Of a stretch of DNA of 64,000 nucleotides, positions 32,766 through 44,038 are shown piece after piece. Location of the stretch: positions 2,075,429 to 2,139,428 of the forward strand of contig CAVYKL010000008.1 in the NCBI GenBank assembly GCA_963769015.1. Direction: 5' to 3'. A program made the position numbers and the translations under genes. Numbering within the stretch: position 1 is the first letter of the stretch; each line of letters begins with the position of its first letter. The notes beneath the pieces are model-generated. The model searched no databases, was not told where the DNA came from, and saw nothing but the letters and a program-made list of their open reading frames with translations. Origin of the DNA: an uncultured bacterium. Lineage in GTDB: Bacteria > Armatimonadota > Abditibacteriia > Abditibacteriales > Abditibacteriaceae.

Positions 32766-33479
32766 CTATAATTGTTTCAACGGCGATACGGTGCAGCTTT
32801 GGCGCTGCGCATCTACGGCTTCGACTAAAAGCACATCGCCGGTGCGCACGCGCACGCCATCGGACATCGCCCGCGCGCTAAGGCGGCCTAATAATTGAAT
32901 GGTTTGTCCATCGAGATTGAGAGAAATCAGGCCGCAACCGCTAACATCGAAATTTGTAACCGCGCGCGCTTCTTCGGCAACGGCACTTTCGAGTGTGTGG
33001 CCTTCTCCGGCAAAGCGAAACCAGAAATTCCACAGCGGCGCAAAAAGGAATGTTTCAAAGCAAATACCGCCCACGGCAGCTAACAAGCCGCGCCAAGGTT
33101 CATCGTGCATGACGCCTTTGATCAAAATGCCGGTGGCGCCAAAACCAAGCAAAAGGCTGAACCAGAAACGCGGCGAAAGCAGCATCATGAAAAAATGGGA
33201 AGCGTGCAAACGCATCCCATGAGGCGCGTGATGATGAGCGGCGTGTTGCGTGTGACCGTGATGCGCTTGCGCCACGTGGTGGGAAGGCGGCGCTTGATGG
33301 CCGTGCGATGGGCCATGAGCATCGCCGACATGATGCCCGCTGTGAGCGTGTCCGCCCTGACCGCCATCGCCATGAGAATGACCGCCGTGCGAGTGGCCGA
33401 TTTGACCGAGAAAACTCAGCGCGGCCATGCTCACCATGCCGATGAAACCAAGATACAGGCTGAACCTGTAAGCGTCCAT
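32766..33479 (-). CDS. NfeD-like (YqiJ-type) membrane protein with unusual histidine-rich insert
   Basis: 237-aa ORF with TM helices and a C-terminal OB-like segment (TGDVLLVEAVD). It lies immediately upstream of the flotillin gene, a pairing seen in other bacteria. The His-rich tract is HSHGGHSHGDGGQGGHAHSGHHVGDAHGPSHGHQAPPSHHVAQAHHGHTQHAAHHHAPHG. Confidence 0.6.
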   Translation of the reverse strand: MDAYRFSLYLGFIGMVSMAALSFLGQIGHSHGGHSHGDGGQGGHAHSGHHVGDAHGPSHGHQAPPSHHVAQAHHGHTQHAAHHHAPHGMRLHASHFFMMLLSPRFWFSLLLGFGATGILIKGVMHDEPWRGLLAAVGGICFETFLFAPLWNFWFRFAGEGHTLESAVAEEARAVTNFDVSGCGLISLNLDGQTIQLLGRLSARAMSDGVRVRTGDVLLVEAVDAQRQSCTVSPLKQL

Positions 33480-33574
33480 AATATTGTTATGCCCAAATTA
33501 GTCGCGTTCATCACGCATTATATTAAGAAAGAACTCAGAGCGTAAGCGATGGACTTGTGGCAGGAATTAAAACT

Positions 33575-33612
33575 GCGTCTTGTCGCGCCAACAAGCTATG
33601 CGCTATAATTGA
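33575..33612 (+). promoter_or_regulatory. Putative sigma-70-type promoter for tRNA-Ser
   Basis: TTGTCG, an 18-nt spacer, then TATAAT, about 30 nt upstream of the tRNA 5' end. Confidence 0.35.
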
Positions 33613-33640
33613 ATTCGCCTCATACATGAGCAAAACCGTT

Positions 33641-33729
33641 GGAGGGATACTCAAGTGGCTAAGAGGACGGTTTGCTAAACCGTTAGGGTGGCGTAAGTTG
33701 CCGCGAGGGTTCGAATCCCTCTCCCTCCG
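33641..33729 (+). tRNA. tRNA-Ser (anticodon GCT), long variable arm
   Basis: GGAGGGATACTCAAGTGGCTAAGAGGACGGTTTGCTAAACCGTTAGGGTGGCGTAAGTTGCCGCGAGGGTTCGAATCCCTCTCCCTCCG. A hairpin terminator with a T7 run follows (33736-33785). Confidence 0.8.
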
Positions 33730-33872
33730 CTCAAAAAAACCGAATCGGATATTCCACACGGAATGCCGGTTCGGTTTTTTTATTTCTTTTCGTAAATTGA
33801 CCAATGGATACCGCGAACTCAGCAAAGCGTGACGAATCTTAGGCGAGTTACACTAAAGCGATAATTTCCGCT

Positions 33873-35168
33873 GTGAAAGATTCTTCTTCAAAACGTCGCC
33901 TTGCGGCGATCTTTTTTGCTGGCCTTGTTTTGGTGGGCGGCACGTGGCTGGTTCGGCCTCGCCTTGAGCGGGCGCAAATAAAAAATGCCACCTTGCCCCA
34001 ACTCGAAACAATGGCAAATCACGATGCCAACAACGCCGAGGTATTGGCTGAATTGGGGCGACGTTTGGTGCGCGCAGGACAAACGCCGCGCGGTTCGTTG
34101 GCGCTAATACGCGCTTCGCAACTGCAACCCGACGATGCCGAAATATGGAACGATCTTGGTTACTGCATGATGACGCTGGAACAGGAAGCCGAAGCGCGTG
34201 CTTCATTTGAGCGCGCCTTGAAAATTAGCAATAAAAAAGGCGAAGCAGCGCAGCGGGCTTTTTCAGGACTCGCCCAACTTGACGTTACGAAAGGGCGCGA
34301 CAGACCGGCTTTGGAATCGTATCGCGCCGCCGTGCGCCTCAAGGACGAAGATGCCGACGCGCAAATGGCGCTTGGACGCACGGCGGCGCGCCTCAATTTG
34401 CCCGCCGAAGCTGCCACGGCGTTTCGCCGCGTCACGCAAATGCGACCCGCTGACCATGCAGGGTTTTTGGCATTGGGGCAGGCCTTAGTGGATGCGGGCC
34501 AATCGGAAGAAGGCGAAACCGCGCTCCGCAAAGCCCTTCAACTCAAACCGCGCGATTACCAAATACTGCACGCGTTAGGCGTATTGTTTCTGCGCCGCGA
34601 CGACGGGCCAGAAACCTTGAAAAAATCCGTGGACTATTTCAAACAGGCCCTCAAAGCAAACTCACGCGCGGCCCTGAGTTATTCGATGTTGGGTAGTGCT
34701 GAAGAGAAATTAGGCCTTTTGGACGATGCCGCGCGGCACGTCGAAATCGCGCGCAATCTCGACCCATCCGGCACGCGCGTTTACTATCGCTTGAGCCAGA
34801 TTTACGCGCGCATGGGCCGCACCACCGATGCCAAGCGCATGACGGCGATGTTCACCAAACGCCGCCGTTTGCGCGAAGAGGAGTTCAATCTGGCCCAGCG
34901 CCTTTTCTCCACAGATCACCCGTCGGCTACTGGATTACTGCGCCTTGCCGCTATCAAATTTCAATTGAACGACTATCAAGGCGCCTTAAAGCATCTCAAC
35001 ATCGCGGCGAATGAGCAACCGGGCGACGAGACAATTTTTAAGTCTTATCTGGCGTTGGCAAACAGCCTTGATAAGTTGAAGCAAAGCCCATTGGCGGACG
35101 CCGCGCGTCAGAGCGCAGAGAGTTATGCGGCAGCCCAAGCAGAGGCCCAGCGCGCTACTAAACCATGA
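33873..35168 (+). CDS. TPR-repeat protein with N-terminal signal anchor
   Basis: 431-aa ORF with multiple 34-residue TPR-like units (AxxxxxxAxxLxPxxxxA...). Its stop overlaps the start of the next gene (ATGA). Confidence 0.6.
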   Translation: MKDSSSKRRLAAIFFAGLVLVGGTWLVRPRLERAQIKNATLPQLETMANHDANNAEVLAELGRRLVRAGQTPRGSLALIRASQLQPDDAEIWNDLGYCMMTLEQEAEARASFERALKISNKKGEAAQRAFSGLAQLDVTKGRDRPALESYRAAVRLKDEDADAQMALGRTAARLNLPAEAATAFRRVTQMRPADHAGFLALGQALVDAGQSEEGETALRKALQLKPRDYQILHALGVLFLRRDDGPETLKKSVDYFKQALKANSRAALSYSMLGSAEEKLGLLDDAARHVEIARNLDPSGTRVYYRLSQIYARMGRTTDAKRMTAMFTKRRRLREEEFNLAQRLFSTDHPSATGLLRLAAIKFQLNDYQGALKHLNIAANEQPGDETIFKSYLALANSLDKLKQSPLADAARQSAESYAAAQAEAQRATKP

Positions 35169-36934
35169 ATTCTTTCGCATCACTGCGCCGCGCGCTTTGT
35201 GGCGCCATCGTTTTGCTCGCATTGTATGGCTGTCGTGCCAGCGCACCGCGCGCTGCCATTCAGAAATCGCCGGTTTCGGGCGCGGCGCAGACGCCACGCT
35301 TCATCGATGTTGCGACTGCGGCGGGGTTGCACTTTCGCCACGACTACGGCGGCGATCATCCAATTGACACCCTCGAAACTACCGGCGCAGGTTGTTGTTT
35401 CTTCGACTTCAACAACGATGGTTGGCAGGACATTTACATAGTGAATTCGGGGCGCGTGGAAAAAGGCCGCGTCATCGCCGCCCAGTCTGCGCCAAGTGCG
35501 CTGTTTCACAATAACGGCGATGGCACTTTCACAGATGTCACGAAAAAAGCGGGCGTCGCCGGATTCGGATTCGGCATGGGCGCGGCGCCAGCAGACTTCA
35601 ACGGCGATGGCTCTGTTGATCTCTTTGTCTATGGCTACGGCGGTAGTATTCTTTATCGAAACAACGGTGACGGCACGTTTTCGGATGTCACCTCAAAAGC
35701 CGGTGTAAAAGGGCCTTACGACGGTTTTGCATCCGCTGCGGCTTGGGGCGACGTGGACGGCGATGGCCGTCTTGACCTCTTTGTGGCCGACTATTTAAAG
35801 TGGAATCCGCAGCGCGAATTGTGCCCGAATAACGACGTGCAGTCCGCCTGTTCGCCGGGCGTTTACGATGGACAGGGCAGCCATTTGTATCACAACAATG
35901 GCGACGGCTCGTTTACGGACATCGCGCAGAAAGCCGGTGTGAAAGACCCGCGCGGCAAGCCGATGGCGGCCCTGTTTTTCGATGAAAACAACGACGGCAA
36001 ACCTGACCTCTTTGTAGCGAATGACCAAACTGGCAACAGGCTTTATTTAAATCGTGGAGGAAAGTTCGCGGACGCCACGCTGCAATCGGGCACTGGCTAT
36101 GACGAAACCGGACGTTCTCAGGCCAGCATGGGCACGGACATCGCCGATTATAATGGCGATGGGCGCTTTGACATTGCGTTCGGCACCTTTCAGAACGACG
36201 CGAATACGCTTTATCGTAACGATGGACGCGATATTTTTTCGTTGGTGTCGTGGTCGGCGAACCTCGGCGCGGCCACATTGGAGCGTCTGACTTTCGGCAC
36301 GCTATTTCTTGATTATGACAACGACGGACGCCCCGATTTATATTTCGCTAACGGCCATGTCAGCGATAACGTGGCCGATTATCAGCCGGGCGTGACGTGG
36401 AAGCAACCCGACACGCTGCTACGCAACATAGACGGGCATAAATTTGCTGATGTCTCGTCCTCTTTGGGCGAAGCATTCACGGCGCCGCGCGTCGGACGTG
36501 GCTGCGCTCGCGGCGATTTTGACAACGACGGCTGGCTGGATATTTTAGTCAATAATTCGGGCGGCGAGCCATTCTTGCTGCGCAATGAAGGAGTGTCCGG
36601 TCATCACTGGATTACCTTGAAATTGGTGGCGTCCGGCACCAACCGCGACGCTATCGGCGCCCGCGTAGAACTGATGGCAGGCGGACGTCAGCAGATAGAC
36701 GAAGTGCGCGCTGGCTCTGGCGGCTACATGGCATCCAATGATTTACGTCTGCACTTTGGTCTGGGCGAAGTTGCGAAAACGGACCGCATTAGCATCCGCT
36801 GGCCTGATGGCAAAAAGCAAACATTAAGTGGCGTGCCCGCCGACAGGTTTATAACGATTCGTCAGGGCAAAGGCATTGTTTCCAATCAGACCCCAGCGCA
36901 AATCAGGCTCACAAAAAAGCCATCCGCCGACTGA
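35165..36934 (+). CDS. CRTAC1-family lipoprotein (FG-GAP/VCBS repeats + ASPIC/UnbV domain)
   Basis: 589-aa ORF with lipobox LALYGC. It has repeated FNNDGWQDIY, FNGDGSVDLFVYGYGG, NNGDGTF and DxDGDGRLDLFV motifs, then a C-terminal UnbV-like ...GSGGYMASNDLRLHFGLG. Confidence 0.7.
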   Translation: MNSFASLRRALCGAIVLLALYGCRASAPRAAIQKSPVSGAAQTPRFIDVATAAGLHFRHDYGGDHPIDTLETTGAGCCFFDFNNDGWQDIYIVNSGRVEKGRVIAAQSAPSALFHNNGDGTFTDVTKKAGVAGFGFGMGAAPADFNGDGSVDLFVYGYGGSILYRNNGDGTFSDVTSKAGVKGPYDGFASAAAWGDVDGDGRLDLFVADYLKWNPQRELCPNNDVQSACSPGVYDGQGSHLYHNNGDGSFTDIAQKAGVKDPRGKPMAALFFDENNDGKPDLFVANDQTGNRLYLNRGGKFADATLQSGTGYDETGRSQASMGTDIADYNGDGRFDIAFGTFQNDANTLYRNDGRDIFSLVSWSANLGAATLERLTFGTLFLDYDNDGRPDLYFANGHVSDNVADYQPGVTWKQPDTLLRNIDGHKFADVSSSLGEAFTAPRVGRGCARGDFDNDGWLDILVNNSGGEPFLLRNEGVSGHHWITLKLVASGTNRDAIGARVELMAGGRQQIDEVRAGSGGYMASNDLRLHFGLGEVAKTDRISIRWPDGKKQTLSGVPADRFITIRQGKGIVSNQTPAQIRLTKKPSAD

Positions 36935-37024
36935 CGGATGGCTTTTCAGAGCGTAGCTCCTCCCCTGCGGGGGAGGTTGGGTGGGGGTCTTCCACTTTTG
37001 CAAGAGGTTTATTCTACGCCGTTC

Positions 37025-37735
37025 TTATCCGCCTTCAATGCTGAACTCGCGGAAAGTGAGTCTGCTCGTCAGATTCCACTTGACGTGACCATCTTTGTAA
37101 AGGTAGTTAGCCCCATCAAGATGGAGAGGGTTTATACGGGAGGTAAAGCTATTCGTAGTGGGTGTATCGATATTAGCGTCCCAGTTGGCAGGAACAGGCG
37201 TATTCCATCCCCCAATCCAACTATCATTAGCCTTCTGATCAGTAACTGTTACCGTCTGGGCAGGACGTGCCCATTCCGCTTCAGACCTCGACTGATCCCA
37301 TGCGTTGAGGCGGGCGCCATTCCACTGGTTGAGGTTGATCGCATAGGACGTGCGGCAACGGTTGCCGTTATTACGCCCGTCGTAGGTTTTGTTAGGGTTG
37401 CTGGGGCAAACGAAAAGCTGCCAACTCTTGACGTAGGGCATAATCCGCGCTTCCCAAGCGGATGTCGGCAGATAGCCATCACGGCAAGCAACTTGGGCCA
37501 TCGTAGTGTTCATCTCTGGACGAACCCACATCTCGTCGAAGTCCTGCGTGTATTGCGCAAGGCCCAAGCCGATTTGCTTCAGGTTATTGGCGCAGGACGA
37601 TTTGCGCGCATTTTCCCTTGCACGAGCAAAAACAGGAAATAGAATGGCGGCGAGAAGAGCGATTATCGCTATAACGACAAGTAGCTCAATCAAGGTGAAG
37701 CCGGCTTTTGGGCTTCGGGTGCAACGAATAAACAT
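37025..37735 (-). CDS. DUF1559 prepilin-type N-terminal domain protein
   Basis: [37 protein letters not shown] leader and TM segment, and DGHVKW near the C-terminus. Confidence 0.75.
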   Translation of the reverse strand: MFIRCTRSPKAGFTLIELLVVIAIIALLAAILFPVFARARENARKSSCANNLKQIGLGLAQYTQDFDEMWVRPEMNTTMAQVACRDGYLPTSAWEARIMPYVKSWQLFVCPSNPNKTYDGRNNGNRCRTSYAINLNQWNGARLNAWDQSRSEAEWARPAQTVTVTDQKANDSWIGGWNTPVPANWDANIDTPTTNSFTSRINPLHLDGANYLYKDGHVKWNLTSRLTFREFSIEGG

Positions 37736-37977
37736 AGGTGCCTCCTAAAAATGTCATGCCTACAACAGTTCGATTAAATCAGGCTTATCTCATTTTACCC
37801 AAAATTGGAACTTATTCGCTTATTGGGTCTATTCTCTCAGAAAATCTTATCAGAATTTTAAAATTATAAAAAACAACCGGTTTATCTATCATTTTCTCGT
37901 TATGATTGTGACAATCCTGTTATATTTTCTGCAAATTTGGTCATAATGAAAATGACTGAATTTTCAAGGAGCAACTA

Positions 37978-38610
37978 ATGTTTATGGCACTGTGGAATCG
38001 AAAAACTACCCTTAAAACCAACGCGCGCACGGCGTTTACACTGATTGAATTGCTTGTCGTTATAGCGATAATCGCTCTTCTCGCCGCGATTTTGTTTCCC
38101 GTTTTTGCCCGCGCCCGCGAAAACGCCCGCAAGTCCTCTTGCATGAACAACGAAAAGCAAGTGATGGTTGGCTTCATGCAATACACGCAAGACTATGATG
38201 AACGTATGTTCCAGATTTCGTGGAATGGCACGGACATCGCGTGGTGGGATGTTATCCATCCCTACATCAAGTCCCGTCAAGCCTTTGTATGTCCTTCTTA
38301 CAAAGGAGCCTACACCGAGAACTTCGGCGGAACCGCGCGTGATGTAGGTTTCAACTATATGTGGTCGGAACACGTTATGGCGAGCGGCATCTCCTTAGCG
38401 GATGTGACTCGTCCTGCACAGCGTGTCGCTTTGGCCGAAGGCAATCATGCCGTTAATGGTTGGGACTGGAATAACGTGCGCAATCGGACGGCTCGCCCCG
38501 GAGCGAATCATCTGGAAGGCTGCAATGCGGCCTTTCTTGATGGTCATGTCAAGTGGCAGAACTGGGAATTTTTCAATAACGCCGTTGTGCCATCCGACCC
38601 CAGACTGTAA
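37978..38610 (+). CDS. DUF1559 prepilin-type N-terminal domain protein
   Basis: [37 protein letters not shown] and FLDGHVKW. It is divergently transcribed from 37025..37735 across an AT-rich 240-bp spacer. Confidence 0.75.
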   Translation: MFMALWNRKTTLKTNARTAFTLIELLVVIAIIALLAAILFPVFARARENARKSSCMNNEKQVMVGFMQYTQDYDERMFQISWNGTDIAWWDVIHPYIKSRQAFVCPSYKGAYTENFGGTARDVGFNYMWSEHVMASGISLADVTRPAQRVALAEGNHAVNGWDWNNVRNRTARPGANHLEGCNAAFLDGHVKWQNWEFFNNAVVPSDPRL

Positions 38611-38640
38611 CGAGACTTTAAAAGACACCAATCAAAACAC

Positions 38641-38676
38641 AATGCCCCGCTTTCTGCGGGGCATTGTGTTTTTACA
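38641..38676 (+). terminator. Rho-independent terminator
   Basis: aatgccccgctttctgcggggcattgtgttttt forms a perfect 11-bp GC-rich stem plus a T-run. Confidence 0.75.
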
Positions 38677-38714
38677 TAGTGGCTTGACAAGGCGATTTTT
38701 CTCTTTTAGAATTA

Positions 38715-38736
38715 TTTGCACATTCGTATGCTCAAA
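38715..38736. promoter_or_regulatory. Operator-like palindrome copy 1 (TTTGCACAT-tcgt-ATGCTCAAA)
   Basis: An imperfect copy of the 22-bp palindrome that is repeated at 38771 and 43989. It is followed by the hairpin aaagcgcgcaacttccagcgcgcttt. Confidence 0.4.
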
Positions 38737-38770
38737 GCGCGCAACTTCCAGCGCGCTTTTCTTTCTGATT

Positions 38771-38792
38771 ATTTGCGCATACGAATGTGCAA
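38771..38792. promoter_or_regulatory. Operator-like palindrome copy 2 (TTTGCGCAT-acga-ATGTGCAAA) overlapping the LacI-family gene start region
   Basis: It ends about 10 nt before the ATG at 38802 of the HTH regulator. One arm mismatch. Confidence 0.45.
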
Positions 38793-38801
38793 AATTTGAT
38801 T

Positions 38802-39782
38802 ATGCCTGTTACTGCCAAAGACATTGCCCGCGAATTGAAGCTCTCGCAGCCAACTGTGTCGCGCATTTTGAATGGCGATGCGCGGCATCGCGCTTCGGAT
38901 GAAACGCGGCGGCGCGTGCAGGAAACGGCGCAACGGCTCGGCTATCAGCCCAATGCGCTTGCCAGTTCGCTGCGGCGCGGGCGCACCAGCGTTATCGGGC
39001 TGCACACGAATCACAACTATGACGCGCGCAACGAGTTTTTCGGCAATATCATCGGCGGTTTGCAATGCGCTTGCAACCCGCGCGGGCTGGATTTGCTGCT
39101 GCATTCGGCGTTGCAAGGGCATCCGCCGGAAGAAATGTTCAATCGCTTGCGCGACGGGCGCATTGATGGCTTGATTTTGCATTCGGGCAGCGACGACCCT
39201 TTGGTTGAAATGCTTAGCTGAAGCCGTCGTTGCCGGTGGTTTCGGTGGCCGATATTCATCCCGGCATGGCGGGCGTGACGTGCGACGACGAAGCCGGAAT
39301 GAAAATTTTAATCGAGCATTTGTGGGCGCGCGGCCATCGGCGCTTTGTGTATTTAGCGCCGCGCGAAACATTAGCTTCGGTCGAAAAGCGCCGCGCGGTT
39401 TTTGAAGCGGAATTGAAGCGGCGCAAAGTCCGGCAGCGGCGCGCCGCATTGTGCGCCTTGATTTTGAAATCGTCGCGCCGTTTTTAGATGAATGGGACAA
39501 AGAGCGCGCCGCTGTTTGCTGCTGGAACGACCAAACCGCGTATAACCTGCTGCACGAATGTGCGGCGCGGCGCATCAAAGTGCCGCAGCAATTAGCCGTC
39601 GCCGGTTTCGATGGCTTTTTAGACAAAAAAATGCCCGGTCGCCAATTGACAACAATTGGTTGTCCTTGGCCCGATGTGGCTTCGCACGCTTTGTCGCTTT
39701 TAGTGGAGCTAATTGAGGGGCGCGATGGCGATGCGATGCCGCGCGAGATGTGCTTGCCGGTAACGCTGCTCGAAGGCGACAC
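38802..39782 (+). CDS. LacI-family transcriptional regulator; two frameshifts in this assembly (~39215, ~39465)
   Basis: The N-terminus MPVTAKDIARELKLSQPTVSRILNG is a LacI-type HTH. The periplasmic-binding-protein-like core continues through ORFs 39230..39487 and 39451..39789 (...CCWNDQTAYNLLHECAARRIKVPQQLAVAGFDG...). Confidence 0.65.
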
Positions 39783-39805
39783 CGTTTAACGGAAACGAGA
39801 AATTA

Positions 39806-42119
39806 TGAAGCTTTTATTTTTGCCGTTTTGTGCGGCTTAATTATGAGTTCCGCGCACGCTGCCGAAGTCGTGCCATTGGGCGCCGGTTCGTATTTGCGCG
39901 GCTTGCCCGAAGGCGTCAAAGGGCCGGATGCGGCGCCGCGCACTGACGGCAAACGCGGCGAGGCTTGGCAAAATGCCAACCAACGATTGGTGGAGCGCGG
40001 TAGCGTGGAGCGACAAGCCGTTCTCCATGTTTCCGCATCCGTCTGGCCGTGACGCCGCACGCGCAAGGTTTGCGGCTTGGCGTATCCCGGCTCGCGCATT
40101 ACCGCCAACGACGCGGGCATTTTCGGTTCGATGCCGGGCGGTCTTGAAGATATGGTGGTGTCGCTAGCGGGCGTGCAGAACTTTCGCGGCGCCACTGGTG
40201 GACGATTGGAACGATTGGTTTGTCTCGCTGCTGTTTGCCGATGGCGAACGCAAATTGCGCCTTAGTTTCGGACACGGTTCGCCTTATGTTTTCGGCACCT
40301 GCGAAGGCGGCGCGCCGCAACTGCGTTTCGCGGCGGCGCCCAAAATTTGGAGCGGCGACGAGAAAACGGCCACGCTCGGGCATCAGTTTCGGCGGGCGAC
40401 ATTACGGATTGTTCGCGCCGTCGGGCAGCACTTGGCAAGGCATCGGCACAGCTACATTGACGGCGCAAACCGACAAGAATTATTTTTCGGTCGCGCTATT
40501 GCCCGACGACAAACCCGAAACGCTAACGCTGTTTGCCAAATATGCGCACGCTCACGTCACCGACACGCGCGTTTCATGGAATTACGACGCGAAAACGCAA
40601 GCTGTTGTGACGACTTATACAGCGACGACCACGCCGCGCGAGGGCACCGAAAAAGGCACGCTGTTCGCGTTGTATCCGCATCAGTGGCGTTATGCAACAG
40701 CGCCACCGCTGAACCTCGCTTATGGTTCGGTGCGCGGGCCGATGAAATTAGTTGAAGGCGCCAATTTTTCGACGCGCATGACTTTTCCCGGCATTTTGCC
40801 TTGGCTGCCGGATGCGGGCGCCATGCCGCGCGAAACATTAGCTGCGCTGCTTGCCAAAGACAGCGACAAACTGCTGGATGGTGCTCCTGCCGACACTTAT
40901 TGGGAAGGCAAACAACTGGGCCGCGCCGCGACGTTAGCCGCGCTCGCCGATGTGACAGGGCAAGGCGAAAGCGCCGCCGCGATTCGTGAAACGTTAAAAG
41001 CGCGCCTCGAAAGCTGGTTCACCGCGCAAGAGGCCAATGGCAAAACCAAAACGCGCGGCGTTTTTGCCTACGAGCCGCGTTGGGGCACGCTGATTGGCTA
41101 TCCGGCCAGCTATGGCAGCGACGATCAACTTAACGATCATCATTTTCATTACGGTTATTTTCTCAAAGCCGCCGCCGAAATTGCGCGCCACGATCCCGAT
41201 TGGGCCAGTGACAAAAAATTCGGCGCGATGCTGCGCCTTTTGGTGCGCGATGTAGCCAATCCGCAACGCGACGATGCCGAGTTTCCGTTTATGCGCTGCT
41301 TCGATTTATATGCCGGACATTCATGGGCCAGCGGTCACGCGCGCTTTGGCGATGGCAACAACAACGAGTCGTCCAGCGAAGCGATGAATGCGTGGGCTGG
41401 TTTCGTCTTGCTTGGTCAGGCCACCGGCGACAATGAATTGCGCGACCTCGGCGTGTGGCTTTATACCACCGAACTCGCGGCCATCGAAGATTATTGGTTC
41501 GATGTGCATGGCGAAACGTTTCCCGCGAGTTATCCCGGTAGCCAGATTCCGATGATTTGGGGCGGCAAAGGCGCCAACGCGACGTGGTTTAGCGGCGACC
41601 CGGAAATGCTACATGGCATCGAATGGCTGCCTGTTACCGGCGCGTCGCTTTATCTGGGGCGCTTTCCCGAATACACGCGCGAAAATTACGATGCGCTCGT
41701 CGCGGAGAATTTAGCCTATGAAACCAAACAAGCCGAGAAGAAAAACCTGCCGCCGCCAGTGGACGGCAAACGGATGGAGCGCGTGGGCCGATTTAATCTG
41801 GATGTATCGCGCGTTTAGCGATTCCGGCGACGCGATCGCGCAATACGAAGCGGCTTTAGCTGCCGAAAAAGCGGGCGGCAAATTTCCGATGGAAGCGGGC
41901 AACAGCCGCACCGCGCTGGCGCATTGGATTTACACCTTGGACAAACTCGGCGCGCCTGATCGCGCCGTCACTGCCGATACGCCGCTTTATGCGGTGTTCA
42001 GCAAAAACGGCAAGCGGTCTTATGCGGCGTGCAACACATCCAACAAAGACATGACAGTGCATTTTTCCGACGGCGTGATGCTGCAAGTCAAAGCGCACAG
42101 CGTTGGCGCTCGATTTTAA
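39806..42119 (+). CDS. Glycoside hydrolase family 81 (endo-beta-1,3-glucanase), secreted; at least 4 frameshifts in this assembly
   Basis: ATG at 39806 gives signal peptide MKLLFLPF. The main ORF 40220..41818 has the GH81 signature motifs NDHHFHYGYFL and ESSSEAMNAW (catalytic Glu residues). The C-terminus continues in ORF 41718..42119 (WSAWADLIWMYRAF...). Confidence 0.65.
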
Positions 42120-42134
42120 AACAAAAAGGAACAC

Positions 42135-43934
42135 ATGAAACACAACACAATGCTGCGCTACGGCGCGACGACGATTTTTTCGATGCTGATAGCCTCGTGC
42201 GCGCCTGCCGCGACAGTGAAAGTGACAAAACAAGGCGATGAATTGGCAGTTGCTGCGCGATGGACAACCGTATTTCATCAAAGGCGCGGGCGGCGATGGC
42301 TCGAAAGAAATGCTCAAGGCAATACGGCGGCAATTCGTTTCGCACTTGGGGCGCCGATGGCAGCCAAAGCAAACTCGACGAGGCGCAAAAACTCGGCCTC
42401 ACCATGACGCTGGGCATCTGGCTCGGCCACAAAGCACACGGCTTCGATTACAACGACGCTGGCATGGTGGCGCGTCAATTAGACGACGCCAAAAAAGCCA
42501 TTGATAAATATAAAGATCATCCGGCGCTTCTCATGTGGGGCATCGGCAACGAAATGGAAATGGGTTTTCCTGACAATGACCCTGCGGTTTGGAAAGCCAT
42601 CGAAGAGATCGCGGCTTACGCCAAAAAAGTTGACCCCAATCATCCCACGATGACCGTTGTTGCCGAAATCGGCGGCGAAAAAGTGAAGATGATTAATCAA
42701 TACTGCCCCAGCATTGATGTCATTGGCATTAACAGCTACGGCGGTGGGCCGAGCATCGCCGAGCGTTACAAAAAAGCGGGCGGCGTAAAACCGTATGCGA
42801 TTACCGAATTCGGCCCGCCGGGAACATGGGAAGTCGGCAAAAATGCGTGGGATGCGGCCACCGAACTCAGCAGCACCGCCAAAGCCGCGAGCTACCGCGA
42901 AACCTACGAAAAAGCCATCGCCAATCAGCCGATGAGTTTGGGTAGCTATGCCTTCACTTGGGGCAACAAGCAGGAAGCGACGGCGACTTGGTTTGGCCTC
43001 CTTTTGCCTGACGGCAGCAAACTGGGCGCGGTGGATGCGCTCAGCGAATTATGGAGCGGGAAACCTGTCCCCAACGCGCACCGGCCATTAAAAGTTTAAA
43101 AATCGAAGGCGCCGAAAAAGTGCAGCCGGAAAGCACGGTGCGCGTGGCTTTGGATGTTTCCGATGCCGAAAACGACCCCTTAAAAGTCGAATGGATTTTG
43201 CAGCACGATCCGGTGAAAAACAACACCGGCGGCGCGACCGAAGCCGTGCCGCAAATTTACCCCGAAGCGATTGTGAAGTCGGATGCGCGTAGCGTCGAAA
43301 TCAAGATGCCGAAATTTGGCGGCGGCTATCGCGTGTTTGCTTTTATTCACGATAATCAGGGCGGCGCGGCTGTAGCCAACGTGCCGCTCTTTGTCGAAGG
43401 TAACGCCGTCGCACCACGCATCAGCCGGCGCGACGCGCGCAGTTGCCTTTCAGCATTTACGCCGAAGCGGGCGATGCGCCTTATGTTCCCTCTGGCTACA
43501 TGGGCAACGCTGCCGCGATTAAAATGGACGCGAACAGCGAAACCAACCCGCACAGCGGCAAAACCTGCATCAAAGTGGAATACACCGCCAAAGATAACTG
43601 GGGCGGCGTGGTGTGGCAAAGCCCGGCCAACGATTGGGGCGATGCGCCCGGCGGTTACGATTTAACCGGTGCTAAAAAACTCACGTTTTGGGCGCGCGGC
43701 GAAAAAGGCGGCGAAGTCGTGAATTTCTCGTTTGGCATCATCGGCAAAGACAAGCCATTTTCCGATACTGCCAGCAACCAACTCGAAAAAGTGCGCCTGA
43801 CCGACGAATGGAGCCAGTTCACCTTGTATTTGAAGGGTCAGGATTTATCGCGCATTAAAACCGCGTTCGTCTGGTCACTCGCCGGCAAAGGCGAGCCAAT
43901 CACGTTTTATCTGGACGACATTAAATACGAGTAA
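42135..43934 (+). CDS. Secreted clan GH-A (TIM-barrel) glycoside hydrolase with C-terminal beta-sandwich/CBM-like domains; at least 4 frameshifts
   Basis: Signal peptide MKHNTMLRYGATTIFSMLIASCAPA. The catalytic motifs are WGIGNEMEM (acid/base NEx) and ITEFGPPG (nucleophile). The protein continues through ORFs 43051..43665 and 43443..43934. Confidence 0.55.
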
Positions 43935-43949
43935 CTTTTGCTCACAAAA

Positions 43950-43988
43950 TAAAAAGGTAGAGCCATCACTTGGCTCTGCCTTTTTGTT
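43950..43988 (+). terminator. Rho-independent terminator
   Basis: aaaaaggtagagccatcacttggctctgcctttttgttt forms a stem (agagcc/ggctct) with a T-run. Confidence 0.55.
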
Positions 43989-44010
43989 TCGCCATTTGCA
44001 CATTCGTATG
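43989..44010. promoter_or_regulatory. Operator-like palindrome copy 3 (TTTGCACAT-tcgt-ATGTGCAAA, perfect 9-bp arms) upstream of pckG
   Basis: A perfect inverted repeat lying between the terminator and the 44039 start. Confidence 0.5.
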
Positions 44011-44038
44011 TGCAAACAGCAACTAAGAACCTTAAACT

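Noticed and set aside
38423-38902. 159-aa ORF spanning the terminator and operator region
   Set aside because: It reads through a strong rho-independent terminator and the palindromic operator copies. This is a non-coding intergenic region.
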